Notes: a model not told the origin generated them from the letters alone. Positions 35,704-46,803 are shown, counted from the first letter of the stretch. The stretch is DNA of 64,000 bases from Saprospiraceae bacterium (GCA_016787505.1 JAEUUQ010000619.1:316-64315); one strand, 5' to 3'. Program-made: numbers and translations.

Positions 35704-38700
35704 ATGCGATTAGCTATAGCCCTTTTATTCCTGAATCTGGCATTTTTCGCTCAGGCGCAATTCAGTCCGGCCACAACCCTCGCTCAAGCCAATGCACCGG
35801 ACGGCCAAAGTCATCTGGTCCAGGATATGGATAACGACGGCGACTTCGATCTGTTAATATTAGGAACCAATGGTAGCCTGGCTTTGCACCGCAACGAAGG
35901 CGGCGGGCAATTCGCCGTACCTGTGATCATCGCAGAATATTTGACTGCCATGCCCTTTTTTGTAGATTTCAACTACGACAACCTGCCCGATATGATCGTG
36001 CCCTGCGGCGGCGGGTTCAATTGCTGGATGCCCAACGACGGCGACGGCACCTACAGCAACATGGTGCCCATCGGTCCATTCGGCGTTTTTAAGGTCGTAG
36101 ATATGAACCACGACGGGGAAATGGATCTTTTTGACGGCTTTAAATGGCTGGAAAATGAGGGTTTCGGGATTTTTATCGACCAGCACGAGTTTTTCATCCC
36201 CGACCCCTCGTACGAATATCTCATTGATTTCGTAGATATAAATGGAGATGGCTTACTCGATATAGTCTTCAGAAATATTTTCAGTAATAACATTTTTTGG
36301 CGTGCACAATTGCCCAATATCACCCTGAGCCCGGTAGCGAACTTAATACCTTATAACTATAACGGCCAACAGCAATTAGTCGACCTCGATAACGACGGCG
36401 ATATAGATATTGTGGATCATATAGATAACCCCGCGCCCTATGGGGTATTTATACAATGGCGGGAAAACGACGGCGCCGGCGGGTATTTACCTCCTGTTGA
36501 ACTGGCACAAACTTACAATGGAGAATATAGCTTATTGGATATTAATGGGGATGGTTTTACGGATATTTCCTTCCGGAATATTGATGGACAACTGGCCTGG
36601 CTCCGCAATGAGGGCGGCGGTCAGTTTATCCAAATTAATACTGGCATCGTTCCTTATGGCAATTGGGAAATAGCCGATATTTCCGGAGATGGGTACATCG
36701 ATTTCGTTTTTGTGCATGGCGCCTCCTATTCCGACGGCGCCGGCGGCTACGGGCCGGTAACCAGTTATTATCCCGAAATTGGCGTTGTACCGAACCTGTC
36801 GATAGCCGATGTAAACGCCGATGGGCATCGCGACATCGTTTTTTCTGACCAAACCAAGCTGGAAATGGGTTGGTACCGTAACAGCGGGCAAGAGGATTTT
36901 GAAAAAAATATCGTCCAAACCAGTTTCGAAAACTACGCGTTGGTAGACGATCTCAACGGCGACGGCTATCCGGAGATCATTGGTGGGCGCATTGACAATA
37001 CGCAATTGATCTGGCAGGGCGCCCCCGGGGGCAATTACGGCCCACCCGACACCCTTGTGCGCGGTTTTGAAGGCGCCTTTATTTCGGAAATGGTCGACCT
37101 CAACGGCGACGGACTCCGCGACTGGCATATTCTCACCGATGCGCTGGCGCCAGTCTATATAGACGCTTGGATGTACAACGAAGGTAATGGCCAGTTTTCC
37201 AACCTGGAAACATTCAATGTATCGCCGATAGGCCTCGCCGACATAGATGGCGACGGGTTAACAGATTTTATTTCCACTCAGTTTTTCCCCTCTCCCGAAT
37301 TATTTTGGCAAAAAAACCTGACGAATGGCAACGTCGGTCCACCCATCACCCTTGGTCCATATTATTCCATAGGCGCCGCCGGTGCTGATCTGGATCAAGA
37401 TGGCGATACCGACGTAGTTGCAAGAGCCGATGCCAATATCAACGGCGAAATATACTACCTGATCTGGCTCGAAAACCAGGATAACGGCAATACCTGGGTA
37501 GCGCATCCGATCTCGCAATTTGGCACATTACCCCTCGGTTTCGCCGATTTTAACCAGGATGGCTTGATAGATATTTATACCGGTGAGGCCCACAATTTTT
37601 CGGCGGATACCCTCAATATCAAGTGGTACGCCAACGAGGGGGCGGGTAATTTTTCGGCTGCGAGCTTCCTGGGGCGTCGCAATTTTCTCCGTTCGCTGGA
37701 AGCCGTCGACCTGGATCAGGACGGCGACCCGGACCTCCTTTTCAGTGACGAACAAGGCATCGGCTGGTTTGAAAACCAACACGGCACACCTTCCATACAG
37801 GGCATCTGTTTTTGGGATGAAAATGCCAACGGGCAGCAAGACAGCCTCGAACTCCCGCTGGCAGGCGTAAAAATCAGCCTGGAACCCGCCGGACAAACCA
37901 CCTACACGAATGAAGAAGGCGCCTTCCGGTTTTTCGCCGGGGCCGGCGATTTTATGCTGAGTGCCGAGCCGGACGCGTGCTTTGCGATCACGACCGATCC
38001 TGCTGCCTTCCAGATTCAGTTGCCACTTCAAAACCCCGATTCCCTATTCGCTTTCGGTTTCAAAAGCAATGACGAAGCGGCCATGATGACCACCTCCATT
38101 GCTTCGGCGTCAACGCGATGCGGCTTCAACACGTCATTTTGGATTACCCTTAAAAACGAAGGTTGCTCGCCGGCAGCGGCGGCTTTTTTAATGGAATCCA
38201 ACGGCCTCGTCACATTTGTATCAGCAGTGCCGGCGCCGGCGCTTGTACAGGGCGACTCCATCGTCTGGATTAGTGCCGACTCTCTTCAGCCCGGCGAAAC
38301 GCGCGTTATCACAGCCCTCTTGAACGTGGCGGGCGTTGAACACCTTGGCGAGACCATCGAATTGACCGGTTTGGCCTGGGCCCTGGATACGTTTGGCATC
38401 CCGATTCTACCGCCTGCTACTTCGTTTTACGCTTCGCAAATCAACTGCGCGTACGACCCCAACGATAAGATGGTGAACCTGCGATCGGTTGCCCCCGACT
38501 ACAATCCGGCGTTTTCCGAACTCATCTATACCATCCGGTTTCAGAATACGGGGACTGATACTGCGTTCACCGTCAGGGTACTCGACACCCTCTCTACTGC
38601 ATTGGACTGGAGCACTTTCCGTCCGATCGGTGCGAGTCATGCCCATGCGATCACGTTGGACGGCTTGAACGGCACTGTAATCTATGAGTTCGATCAAATT

Positions 38701-39150
38701 TTGCTGCCCGACAGCACCATCAACGAGCCGGCCAGCCACGGGTTCATTTCTTTTGCCATACAGTTGAAACCGGAGTTGCCGCCGGGTATAGTAGTAGCCA
38801 ACACAGCGGCTATCTATTTTGATTTCAATCCGCCCGTAATGACCAATACCGTAGAAACGACCGTAGAATTACCGGTATCCGTATCATCTGAAAAAGGCCG
38901 GCCCTGGCCGGTTCAGCTCAATCCCAATCCCAACGACGGTCACTTTAGCGTTGGCCTTCCGGAGCCCGCTACACCCGGCACAGTCTTCCGCGTCATCGGC
39001 CTCACCGGGCAGGTATTACTGGAAAAAAGGGCAGAAGCCGGCAGTGCGAAGTATAACCTGCAAGTGGGCGATTTGCCGGCTGGATTGTACCTGCTGCAAG
39101 TAGTAGCTGAAGGGAGGGTGATGGGTGTGGGGAGGTTTGTGAAAAAGTAG
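35704..39150 (+). CDS. FG-GAP/VCBS-repeat T9SS cargo protein (paralogue 3).
   Basis: Same architecture. ATG 35704 gives a signal peptide ([19 protein letters not shown]). The longer ORF from 35527 overlaps paralogue 2. Confidence 0.85.
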   Translation: MRLAIALLFLNLAFFAQAQFSPATTLAQANAPDGQSHLVQDMDNDGDFDLLILGTNGSLALHRNEGGGQFAVPVIIAEYLTAMPFFVDFNYDNLPDMIVPCGGGFNCWMPNDGDGTYSNMVPIGPFGVFKVVDMNHDGEMDLFDGFKWLENEGFGIFIDQHEFFIPDPSYEYLIDFVDINGDGLLDIVFRNIFSNNIFWRAQLPNITLSPVANLIPYNYNGQQQLVDLDNDGDIDIVDHIDNPAPYGVFIQWRENDGAGGYLPPVELAQTYNGEYSLLDINGDGFTDISFRNIDGQLAWLRNEGGGQFIQINTGIVPYGNWEIADISGDGYIDFVFVHGASYSDGAGGYGPVTSYYPEIGVVPNLSIADVNADGHRDIVFSDQTKLEMGWYRNSGQEDFEKNIVQTSFENYALVDDLNGDGYPEIIGGRIDNTQLIWQGAPGGNYGPPDTLVRGFEGAFISEMVDLNGDGLRDWHILTDALAPVYIDAWMYNEGNGQFSNLETFNVSPIGLADIDGDGLTDFISTQFFPSPELFWQKNLTNGNVGPPITLGPYYSIGAAGADLDQDGDTDVVARADANINGEIYYLIWLENQDNGNTWVAHPISQFGTLPLGFADFNQDGLIDIYTGEAHNFSADTLNIKWYANEGAGNFSAASFLGRRNFLRSLEAVDLDQDGDPDLLFSDEQGIGWFENQHGTPSIQGICFWDENANGQQDSLELPLAGVKISLEPAGQTTYTNEEGAFRFFAGAGDFMLSAEPDACFAITTDPAAFQIQLPLQNPDSLFAFGFKSNDEAAMMTTSIASASTRCGFNTSFWITLKNEGCSPAAAAFLMESNGLVTFVSAVPAPALVQGDSIVWISADSLQPGETRVITALLNVAGVEHLGETIELTGLAWALDTFGIPILPPATSFYASQINCAYDPNDKMVNLRSVAPDYNPAFSELIYTIRFQNTGTDTAFTVRVLDTLSTALDWSTFRPIGASHAHAITLDGLNGTVIYEFDQILLPDSTINEPASHGFISFAIQLKPELPPGIVVANTAAIYFDFNPPVMTNTVETTVELPVSVSSEKGRPWPVQLNPNPNDGHFSVGLPEPATPGTVFRVIGLTGQVLLEKRAEAGSAKYNLQVGDLPAGLYLLQVVAEGRVMGVGRFVKK

Positions 39151-39188
39151 ATTATTTCATGCTTCAACAATACAATTTCGGGGCATAG

Positions 39189-40634
39189 TCATACCGGTGG
39201 GCTAAAGCTATCGTAAGCGAATAATTTTTCCATCGTCACTACCTGGTCAATTTGTCCGGAATTGACGGGACTGTGGCTCAACGGGTATGTTGTGACCAGC
39301 GTATTGAACAACTGCTTTTTGGTACCGGATAGTCGGCGGAATTTTTCCCGTCGCAGGCGAAGATAATCAGCGTAGGCGTCTGTGAGCCGAAAATCATCGC
39401 CGTAGAATTTTATTTCGCATAGGTTCATCGCCCGGTCAGCCCGATCAATGAGCAGGTCAATCTGGAAGCCTTCGCCAGTGGTTTCGGCTTTGTACAGGAA
39501 AGTACCGATTTGGGTATGTATTCCCGAAATACCGAGCGCCATTTTGATAGCTTCCGCGTGTTTCAGGCATATATTTTCAAAAGCGTATCCGCACCAGATT
39601 CTGTATGCTTCTTTACCTGATTGCAGGAGCCATTCATTTTTGCCCGGAGCGGGTTTACCCTCCACAAAGCGCAGATAAAATAGCGAATACTCATCGGAAA
39701 GGCGGTAAACGAAGCCCGTTCCACGCTTTTTGTAAAGCGGGAACCGCATGATGAAAGAGGCTGCTTCGAGTTCGTTCAGTACCTGAGTCAAGCCGCCGCC
39801 GTCCTGCATTTTTGACTGGGCAATAATTTCCTGCCGGGTCAAGCCCCGCCATTTTTCGGCCAATGCTTTAATAACACTAACGTGATTTTGGTGCGAAGCA
39901 AAAAGCGCTGCGTAAAGATTGTCAAACTCCGTGCGTAAAAAGCCTTCGGGGCTAAAAAACAGGCGGTCAATTGCCTGAGATACAGTTTCTCCGCTTCTCG
40001 CCTCTTGCAAGTAAGCCGGCACACCCCCCACCGCCATGTAAAACTGTAGCGTTTGGTAATAATCCCAATGCACGCCTAAGCTTTCGAGAAAAAGTTTGGC
40101 TTCTGCCAGTGTAAAAGGTTTGAGGTTGATACGTCGGGTGAGCCGGTTGTGCAAGCCGCCTTTATTCCCTACTACTCTTTGTAGCATCCATGCCGCAGCC
40201 GAGCCGCATACCACAATGACGAGATTGGGCTGATACGCCGCCCAGTCGTTCCAGAAATAGCCTAACTCTTCCAAAAACCCGGATTTGGGCGTGGCAATCC
40301 AAGGCAATTCATCAAAAAAAACCACCTGCCGGCGGTCAGTATTTTTGGCAAGACTGTTTTTCAGCAATTGAAATGCTTCGTACCAGGTGGCAGGCGGTCG
40401 GTTTGCCTGCGCTTCGCCGAAGTGCGTTTTTATCTTTTCAGCAAACTTAAATAACTGGTTTTTCAAAGTCGCATTTTGCGTGCCCGTGAACTCGAATGCC
40501 AAATGCCCGGCGTATACGTTTTTGACCAAAAACGTTTTCCCGATACGCCGCCTCCCATATATGGCAATGAATTCCGCCCTTGGTGTTTCGAGCGCTTCGA
40601 GCAGTACGCGACTTTCATTTTTTCTGCCTATCAT
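39189..40634 (-). CDS. AAA-type ATP-binding protein (Arch_ATPase/DUF234-like).
   Basis: Walker A IYGRRRIGKTFLV and Walker B VVFFDELPW. 481 aa. The architecture is that of orphan ATPase + DUF234 proteins. Confidence 0.7.
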   Translation of the reverse strand: MIGRKNESRVLLEALETPRAEFIAIYGRRRIGKTFLVKNVYAGHLAFEFTGTQNATLKNQLFKFAEKIKTHFGEAQANRPPATWYEAFQLLKNSLAKNTDRRQVVFFDELPWIATPKSGFLEELGYFWNDWAAYQPNLVIVVCGSAAAWMLQRVVGNKGGLHNRLTRRINLKPFTLAEAKLFLESLGVHWDYYQTLQFYMAVGGVPAYLQEARSGETVSQAIDRLFFSPEGFLRTEFDNLYAALFASHQNHVSVIKALAEKWRGLTRQEIIAQSKMQDGGGLTQVLNELEAASFIMRFPLYKKRGTGFVYRLSDEYSLFYLRFVEGKPAPGKNEWLLQSGKEAYRIWCGYAFENICLKHAEAIKMALGISGIHTQIGTFLYKAETTGEGFQIDLLIDRADRAMNLCEIKFYGDDFRLTDAYADYLRLRREKFRRLSGTKKQLFNTLVTTYPLSHSPVNSGQIDQVVTMEKLFAYDSFSPPV

Positions 40635-40756
40635 TTCAGAATAAATTTATATTCCGCTGGAATTGTGTAAAAATATACATTTTCAGCGAAATATAACAAC
40701 AAATCCTGCTGAAAGTGTAGTAAATGGTGAAGCCGCTTATCAATGCCTTCCAACCA

Positions 40757-40992
40757 AATCTCACCCAATCCCGACCAAATCCCATTTCCTCTACCCAAAA
40801 ATCCAAAGTTGTATTATCTTTATTGCATACTGAAAGTCCCCCCCCCCCTACTTCATCGCTCTCCATCTGGCTAAAGGATTCTTCCCGGCTTGAGTGTGAG
40901 GGGGTGTGAGAGTGAGCGTGTGAGATTATCGTTGATCCCTCCCTCCCTCTCTCCCTCAAGCCCCGATTATATCATTGACTAAACACAGCTCT
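40757..40992 (+). promoter_or_regulatory. Conserved leader/promoter element, copy A, upstream of giant adhesin A.
   Basis: The AAATCCCATTTYCTC..CAAAAATCCAAAGTTGTAKTATCTTTATTG..ACTGAAA core recurs at 46557-46680 and 50558-50820. It contains a TAnnTTT-like Bacteroidota -7 candidate, a C11 tract and a purine/pyrimidine hairpin. Confidence 0.55.
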
Positions 40993-43900
40993 ATGCGCCC
41001 AGTTTTACGCCACCTGTTCATCCTTGCAATCAGCTTATTGCTGACCGCTCCGGCCTCCGCCCAATTCCAGCGCCAATTCGGCACTAATCTGGATGAAACT
41101 TTCAACAAAGTCATCAAAAGCGGGACCAACTATTACGTACTTGGCACGGCAGAAATCACCAACGGACAGCAGCCCCGCGCCACCGTGACCCGCCTCAACG
41201 CCGACGGCGAACTGCAATGGACCCTGAGCGTCAATACCGCCTCGCAGTGGAACGACGCCGTGCTAACTCCAACCGGCGACCTGCTGGTGGTGGGCCGCTC
41301 CCTGCCCGATGACAATACCAGCCGGGGTATTATGGGCCGCGTGACCTCCACCGGTACGTTTACCTGGCTGCGCTCCTACGACCAACCCAACCGCGACGGC
41401 TTCGACCGCATTGTGCGCAACCCCGTACCGCAGACCGGCACGCACCCTTATTATGTGCTCGGACACCAGTTGCAAGCCTTGCCGGCTGTTGACGACGTCT
41501 TCCTGATGAATATCGACGAAAACGGCGATATCAACTGGAAAAAAATATACCTCAGCAGCGCCGATGACGAATTCACCAACGTCCTGCTGGCTATGCCCAA
41601 CGGCGACCTCATCCTGGCCGGCCATCGCGGCGGCGAAGGTCTCGTCATGCGGGCCAATAATACCGGCGCCCTGTTTAACGGCGCTACGCCGTCGCAGCCC
41701 TTTACTTATATCGACGTGGCCTCCGCCGGCGGCGCCGGCTTTTACGCCGTGGGGTATAATTTTCAGCAGGAAAAAGTGCAACTCATTTCCTTCGACGTAG
41801 ACCTGCTCAACCAATGGGAGGTGACCGTCAATGGGTTTACGGCGGTGAACAATGTCTTCACCGCTGCCGGCAGCATCTTTCTGGGAGGGCGAAAAGTCAG
41901 GGAGGCCTGCGCCAGGATATCCGTAAGCGGAGGCGACCCCCAATTGTTGTGGACAAAAACCCTCGACAACGGCGTATTGTCGCAAACCGCCTCCCATCTC
42001 TCCTTTTTATCGCCCGCCCAGATCGCTTATGTCGACGGCAGGACGATAGAAACCGGCGGTTTTGGACAAAACTGCGCCTTTATGTCGCTGAGCGACCTGG
42101 AGCTCAATACCTGCATGACCGAAGTGGAAGACGACGTTTTCCTCACGTCGGTCAGCACCCTGTATAACGGCCCGGTGCTGCCCGATATCGAGTTTTACGA
42201 CGAGCCCATGGGGACCAACCTTACTGGTGGGCCGAGGACCTGGCAGCAGGGGGAGGCGTGTATGCCCTTGTCGTGTACCGCGGACTTTAGTTTTCAATTC
42301 CCAAATTGCGACCCCACGGTCAGCTTTACCAATTTGTCTACCGGTTCGGGGCAACTCAGTTATTTCTGGGATTTCGGCTTAACGGTTTTAGGCATACCTC
42401 AAACTTCAGTTGCCGCCAACCCTTTTTACACCTACATGGCCCAATGCGGTACCTACAACGTATGCCTTACGGTGACCGGTCCAGGCTGTTCGAACACAAT
42501 ATGTAAACCGGTAACGATCAAGTATACCCAAACACCCGTGATGGTATGCCCGCCGACCGCCACCGTGGCATGTAATACGGGTATCTCGCCCACCATTACC
42601 GGATTTCCTACCCTGACTGGCGCCTGTGCGGCCCACAATTTTACCTATACCGACGTCATGAGCGGGTCGATGCCCTGCAATGGCACGGTGACCCGCACCT
42701 GGACGGTGATGGACGACTGCGGCACAACGCATACTTGTATACAAACAATACTCGTACAAGACAACGTGCCGCCGACAGCCCAGTGTGAGCCGGGGTTTGG
42801 TTTGTCATTGGATGAGGTTACTTGCAGCGTTGCGCTTGATCCGGAAATGATCAATAATGGTTCTTTTGATAATTGTCAAATACAATCCGTCAGTATAAAC
42901 CCTGCCGTACTCAACGGTTGCGGCAATCATACGGTGACGCTTACGGTGACTGATTTGTGTAATAATACGAGTACTTGTACTACCCCCATACAAACCATAG
43001 AAATCACCCCTCCATTGATGACCTGCCCCCCCAACACCCAGGTATCGTGTGATACGGATGCCTTGCCCGCGATGACCGGCACGGCTGTAGCCAACGACAA
43101 CTGTGATCCTAGCCCTGTAGTTAGTTACACAGACGTCGCCTCCGGGCCGATCCCCTGCGGTGGGCAGATCATCCGCACCTGGACGGCCAGGGACAATTGC
43201 GATAACGAAAGTACTTGCCAGCAGGTAATTACGGTACAGGATAACATCCCCCCGACTATCACATGCCCCTCCAATATGACTGTCACAGCTACTCCGCCGC
43301 TCTGTACGGCAATTGTGAACAACATCACCTGGAGCAGCGTATCGGATAATTGTGCTTTGCAGTCTATGGTCTTTGTCGTAAGCGGCGCTACCACCAATTT
43401 CGGTATCAACGACGCCAGCGGGTCGACTTTCAACGTGGGCCTTTCAACGGTTACCTATACCGTATCCGATGCTTGCGGCAATCCTGCTTCCTGTTCTTTT
43501 GACGTATTGGTAGATGAAAATGTACCACCCACAGCCATTTGTCTATCCGGTGTAGGTCTTTTGCTGGATGCCACCTGCACGGCCAGTTTATCACCCGGCA
43601 TGATCGACGACGGCTCATTCGACAATTGCCAGATACAATCGATGAGCGTTAGCCCCAATACCTTTAACCAATGCGGTATTTTTCCGGTAGTATTGACCGT
43701 AATTGACCAGTCGGGCAACAGCAGCACCTGCAACAGTAGCGTGCAGGTTGCAGATGGTATTGTGCCTACAGCATTGTGTAGCGGCATTGGTGTAAACCTC
43801 GATGCCAACTGCGTGGCATTCATCACCCCTGAGCTTGTTGACGGCGGCTCGTATGATAATTGCCCCATACAATCGATGAGTGTAAATCCCAGCGTACTTA

Positions 43901-46449
43901 TCGGCTGCGGCGTGTTTCCGGTCACCCTTACTGTGACGGATAACTGCGGAAATAGCAGCAATTGCGTGGCGATGGTACAAACCATTGAGAGCGTGCCGCC
44001 TGACATAATGTGCCCTCCGAATATTTCCGTAGAATGCGGCTACAATAGCGCTCCCGGCTTAACCGGCATAGCTACGGCCACCGACGATTGCATCCCGGCG
44101 CCGACGGTCAGCTACACCGACTTTCTCAATCCGGGGCCGACCCCTTGTGAAGGCGTCATTGAAAGAACATGGTTAGCCACCGACTTCTGCGGCAATACAG
44201 CGACTTGTACCCAGTTTATCAATTTCGCCGACCTCATTGTGCCTGATGCCCTATGCACGGGCGGCATAGGCATAGACCTGGATGCCAGTTGCGTAGCAAC
44301 CGTTCCTGCAAGTCTGATAGACGTAGGATCTTCTGATAATTGCCAGATACAAAGTATGAGTGTTAGTCCTGCCAGCTTCAATCAATGCGGCACGTTTCCG
44401 GTTACCCTAACCGTGACCGACTGGTGCGGCAATACCAGTACTTGTGCCAGCCAGGTACAGGTAGGCGACCCGTTCGCACCGATGATTACTTGTGTGCCCA
44501 GTTTTTCGGTAATCGCAGCTCCGCCGGTCTGTACAACCGTTGTCAACGGCTTGCAATGGACCTCGCTGAGCGATAATTGCGGAACGCCAACTATTACTTA
44601 CGAAGTAACGCAAGCCACTACCGCTATAGGAACTGGCGACGTAAGCGGACTTACCTTCAACGAAGGAATTTCCGAAATCACTTATACCGCCACCGACAAT
44701 TGTGGAAACACGGCTTCGTGTACCTTTGAGTTGGAAGTAGCTTGTGCGGAGGCTGAGGACAATTGTTTCGTTTGGGCCAAACAAATAACGGGCAACGAAG
44801 ACGACATAGGCCGGTCGATTGCAGTCGATGCTGCCGGAAACGTATATACGGTGGGGACCATCGAAGATAATGCGGATTTAGACCCGGGCCCCGGCGTATT
44901 CACCTTAACTTCAAATGGCGGACTGGATATCTTCATCTCCAAACTGGATGCTGCCGGCGATTTTGTGTGGGCCAAGCAGATTGGCGGGATCGGCATATTT
45001 GACAATGCTGAAATGATACTCGATGCTTCTGGTAATATCATCCTGGTAGGATTTTTTCACTCCACACTGGACTTTGACCCGGGCCCCGGCGTATTCAACC
45101 TCACTTCAGGCGCAGGGGGAGATAAGTTTATTTGCAAATGGGACGCCTCCGGCAACTTTATTTGGGCAAAAAAAATAGTAGAAGCCATCGGTGCGCCGTC
45201 TGCCGGTGCCTCAATTGGAGATTTTACTACTGATTTACAGGGTAATATCTATATCGCGGGTTTTATATCCTATGACAATTTTGATCTTGACCCCGGCCCT
45301 GGCGCTTTCCCTGTCAACGGGACCAACGGTCGCCTATATTACTTCAAGCTGGATGCCGCAGGCAATTTTGCCGGCGCTGTAATCCTTGCAGGAAGGGGCG
45401 ATATCAACGGTATTAGAGTAAATGCCTCTGGAGAGGTATTTATTACGGGAGCAATAAATGATTTAACTGATTTTGATCCGGGGCCGGGAACACTCAATTA
45501 TTATCCCATTGGAGGTTTTGGCGATAACGATATGTATGTAGCCAAATATACTTCAGGTGGCAACATGCTATGGGCAAAACGAATGGGCGGGGGTAGTTCC
45601 GATATCAGTTATGCCATAGCCCTGGATGCTACAGGCGGTATTTATTTCACCGGCACTTTTAGCAATAACTGTGATTTTGACCCGGGGCCGGGCGTTTATA
45701 CAATACCTTTAACCGGTACTACAGACATGTTTGTTGGCAAATTAGATGGCGCGGGCAATTTTGTGTGGGCTGTCGGCATGGGTGGTACCTTTTCCGAGCG
45801 GCCCTACGATCTGGAGGTAGATGCAAGCGGGAAAATATTTCTCACTGGCTTTTTTATTTTGACCGTTGATTTTGACCCCGGCCTGGGCGTCTACAATCTC
45901 ACCTCTCAAGGAAATCCGGATGTATTTGTACTTAAATTGAACGGCGGCGGCAATTTTGTTTCGGCTCAACAATTCACGGGTTTGCTGGAAAAAGAAGGTC
46001 TTTCCATAGCAATAGACGCGATGGGTTGTACGTATACTACCGGTTTTTTTAGGGGACTTACCGATTTTGATCCGGGAGTGCCGGTTTACAATCTTACCGG
46101 CATTAACCGGGATGTTTTTATCCAAAAAATGTGCCCCTGTCTGCGGATTACCGATACGGAAGAACCTGACGAATTCTCTACCGGCTACTCCCTTTTGCCG
46201 TGTTATCCGAACCCATTTGAGCAAACGACCACCATCGAATACGTATTGCCGGTTTCGGCATCAGTGCGCCTTACGGTACACGACCTGTTCGGCAGGGAAT
46301 TAGCGGTATTGGTCAATCAAACGAAAACGGAGGGAAAACACGACGTTAACTTTAACGCAAGTAATTTACCATCAGGCACTTACTTCTACCATTTGCAGGC
46401 GGGTGATTATATCGCTACGCGAAAAATGGTGCTATTGAAAAATAACTAA
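40993..46449 (+). CDS. Giant T9SS-secreted adhesin-like protein A. Domain order: conserved 428-aa head, PKD, about 10 HYR/Ig-like Cys-containing repeats, SBBP beta-propeller repeats, CTD.
   Basis: Signal peptide MRPVLRHLFILAISLLLTAPASAQ. PKD-like FTNLSTGSG..YFWDFG. Repeated CPP..V.C....TG.A...D.C....V.YTD......C.G...RTWT..D.CGN...C.Q.I.V.D..PP units. FVWAKQIGG....DFDPGPG SBBP repeats. C-terminal CYPNPFEQTTTIEY... Confidence 0.85.
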   Translation: MRPVLRHLFILAISLLLTAPASAQFQRQFGTNLDETFNKVIKSGTNYYVLGTAEITNGQQPRATVTRLNADGELQWTLSVNTASQWNDAVLTPTGDLLVVGRSLPDDNTSRGIMGRVTSTGTFTWLRSYDQPNRDGFDRIVRNPVPQTGTHPYYVLGHQLQALPAVDDVFLMNIDENGDINWKKIYLSSADDEFTNVLLAMPNGDLILAGHRGGEGLVMRANNTGALFNGATPSQPFTYIDVASAGGAGFYAVGYNFQQEKVQLISFDVDLLNQWEVTVNGFTAVNNVFTAAGSIFLGGRKVREACARISVSGGDPQLLWTKTLDNGVLSQTASHLSFLSPAQIAYVDGRTIETGGFGQNCAFMSLSDLELNTCMTEVEDDVFLTSVSTLYNGPVLPDIEFYDEPMGTNLTGGPRTWQQGEACMPLSCTADFSFQFPNCDPTVSFTNLSTGSGQLSYFWDFGLTVLGIPQTSVAANPFYTYMAQCGTYNVCLTVTGPGCSNTICKPVTIKYTQTPVMVCPPTATVACNTGISPTITGFPTLTGACAAHNFTYTDVMSGSMPCNGTVTRTWTVMDDCGTTHTCIQTILVQDNVPPTAQCEPGFGLSLDEVTCSVALDPEMINNGSFDNCQIQSVSINPAVLNGCGNHTVTLTVTDLCNNTSTCTTPIQTIEITPPLMTCPPNTQVSCDTDALPAMTGTAVANDNCDPSPVVSYTDVASGPIPCGGQIIRTWTARDNCDNESTCQQVITVQDNIPPTITCPSNMTVTATPPLCTAIVNNITWSSVSDNCALQSMVFVVSGATTNFGINDASGSTFNVGLSTVTYTVSDACGNPASCSFDVLVDENVPPTAICLSGVGLLLDATCTASLSPGMIDDGSFDNCQIQSMSVSPNTFNQCGIFPVVLTVIDQSGNSSTCNSSVQVADGIVPTALCSGIGVNLDANCVAFITPELVDGGSYDNCPIQSMSVNPSVLIGCGVFPVTLTVTDNCGNSSNCVAMVQTIESVPPDIMCPPNISVECGYNSAPGLTGIATATDDCIPAPTVSYTDFLNPGPTPCEGVIERTWLATDFCGNTATCTQFINFADLIVPDALCTGGIGIDLDASCVATVPASLIDVGSSDNCQIQSMSVSPASFNQCGTFPVTLTVTDWCGNTSTCASQVQVGDPFAPMITCVPSFSVIAAPPVCTTVVNGLQWTSLSDNCGTPTITYEVTQATTAIGTGDVSGLTFNEGISEITYTATDNCGNTASCTFELEVACAEAEDNCFVWAKQITGNEDDIGRSIAVDAAGNVYTVGTIEDNADLDPGPGVFTLTSNGGLDIFISKLDAAGDFVWAKQIGGIGIFDNAEMILDASGNIILVGFFHSTLDFDPGPGVFNLTSGAGGDKFICKWDASGNFIWAKKIVEAIGAPSAGASIGDFTTDLQGNIYIAGFISYDNFDLDPGPGAFPVNGTNGRLYYFKLDAAGNFAGAVILAGRGDINGIRVNASGEVFITGAINDLTDFDPGPGTLNYYPIGGFGDNDMYVAKYTSGGNMLWAKRMGGGSSDISYAIALDATGGIYFTGTFSNNCDFDPGPGVYTIPLTGTTDMFVGKLDGAGNFVWAVGMGGTFSERPYDLEVDASGKIFLTGFFILTVDFDPGLGVYNLTSQGNPDVFVLKLNGGGNFVSAQQFTGLLEKEGLSIAIDAMGCTYTTGFFRGLTDFDPGVPVYNLTGINRDVFIQKMCPCLRITDTEEPDEFSTGYSLLPCYPNPFEQTTTIEYVLPVSASVRLTVHDLFGRELAVLVNQTKTEGKHDVNFNASNLPSGTYFYHLQAGDYIATRKMVLLKNN

Positions 46450-46461
46450 AAAGGCTGGGGT

Positions 46462-46556
46462 GTCTTGAACAGGATTTTTAGGATTTTATGATGTACAGGA
46501 TTTTTTTTCTTCAACTAATCCTGTGTATCCCTCAATCCCGTAATCCTGTTCAAGAC
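46462..46556. repeat. REP/MITE-like long imperfect hairpin (GTCTTGAACAGGATT ... AATCCTGTTCAAGAC).
   Basis: Read directly. A second full copy lies at 50477-50557, with half copies at 28483-28516 and 46736-46778. Confidence 0.85.
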
Positions 46557-46680
46557 TTCGCCGAATTTCACCTCACCCCGACCAAATCCCATTTTCTCCA
46601 TTCAAAAATCCAAAGTTGTAGTATCTTTATTGACACACTGAAAATTTCCCCCTAATTCATCGCTCTCCATCTGGCTAGCG
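46557..46680 (+). repeat. Orphan copy (B) of the adhesin leader element, with no downstream plus-strand gene.
   Basis: TTCGCCGAATTTCACCTCACCCCGACCAAATCCCATTTTCTCCATTCAAAAATCCAAAGTTGTAGTATCTTTATTGACACACTGAAAATTTCCCCCTAATTCATCGCTCTCCATCTGGCT aligns with copies A and C. Confidence 0.8.
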
Positions 46681-46803
46681 GTGTGAGCTATAAATTCCAC
46701 TGAATTCCCACCGAATGTTTTCATTTCAACTTAACCTTGTGTATCCTTTAATCCCGCAATCCTGTTCAAAACCACGCTGAATATCATCAATTTAAACCCG
46801 GAT

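Noticed and set aside
39189-40634. AAA ATPase (DUF234-like) as a stand-alone defence system.
   Set aside because: It is a single gene with no nuclease, methylase or effector partner on either side. This family is common as orphan genes, so there is no positive evidence for a system.
40636-40959. Minus-strand ORFs starting MRERGREG... (also 50584-50778 and 50603-50800).
   Set aside because: They are translations of the purine/pyrimidine tract and the conserved leader. The two copies are not conserved as proteins beyond the low-complexity start.
46462-46556. Invertible promoter (inverton) bounded by the 15-bp inverted repeats GTCTTGAACAGGATT / AATCCTGTTCAAGAC (also 50477-50557).
   Set aside because: The repeats are only about 65 bp apart, and the interior is itself self-complementary, giving one continuous hairpin. 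No site-specific recombinase is nearby. A REP/MITE-like structure fits better.
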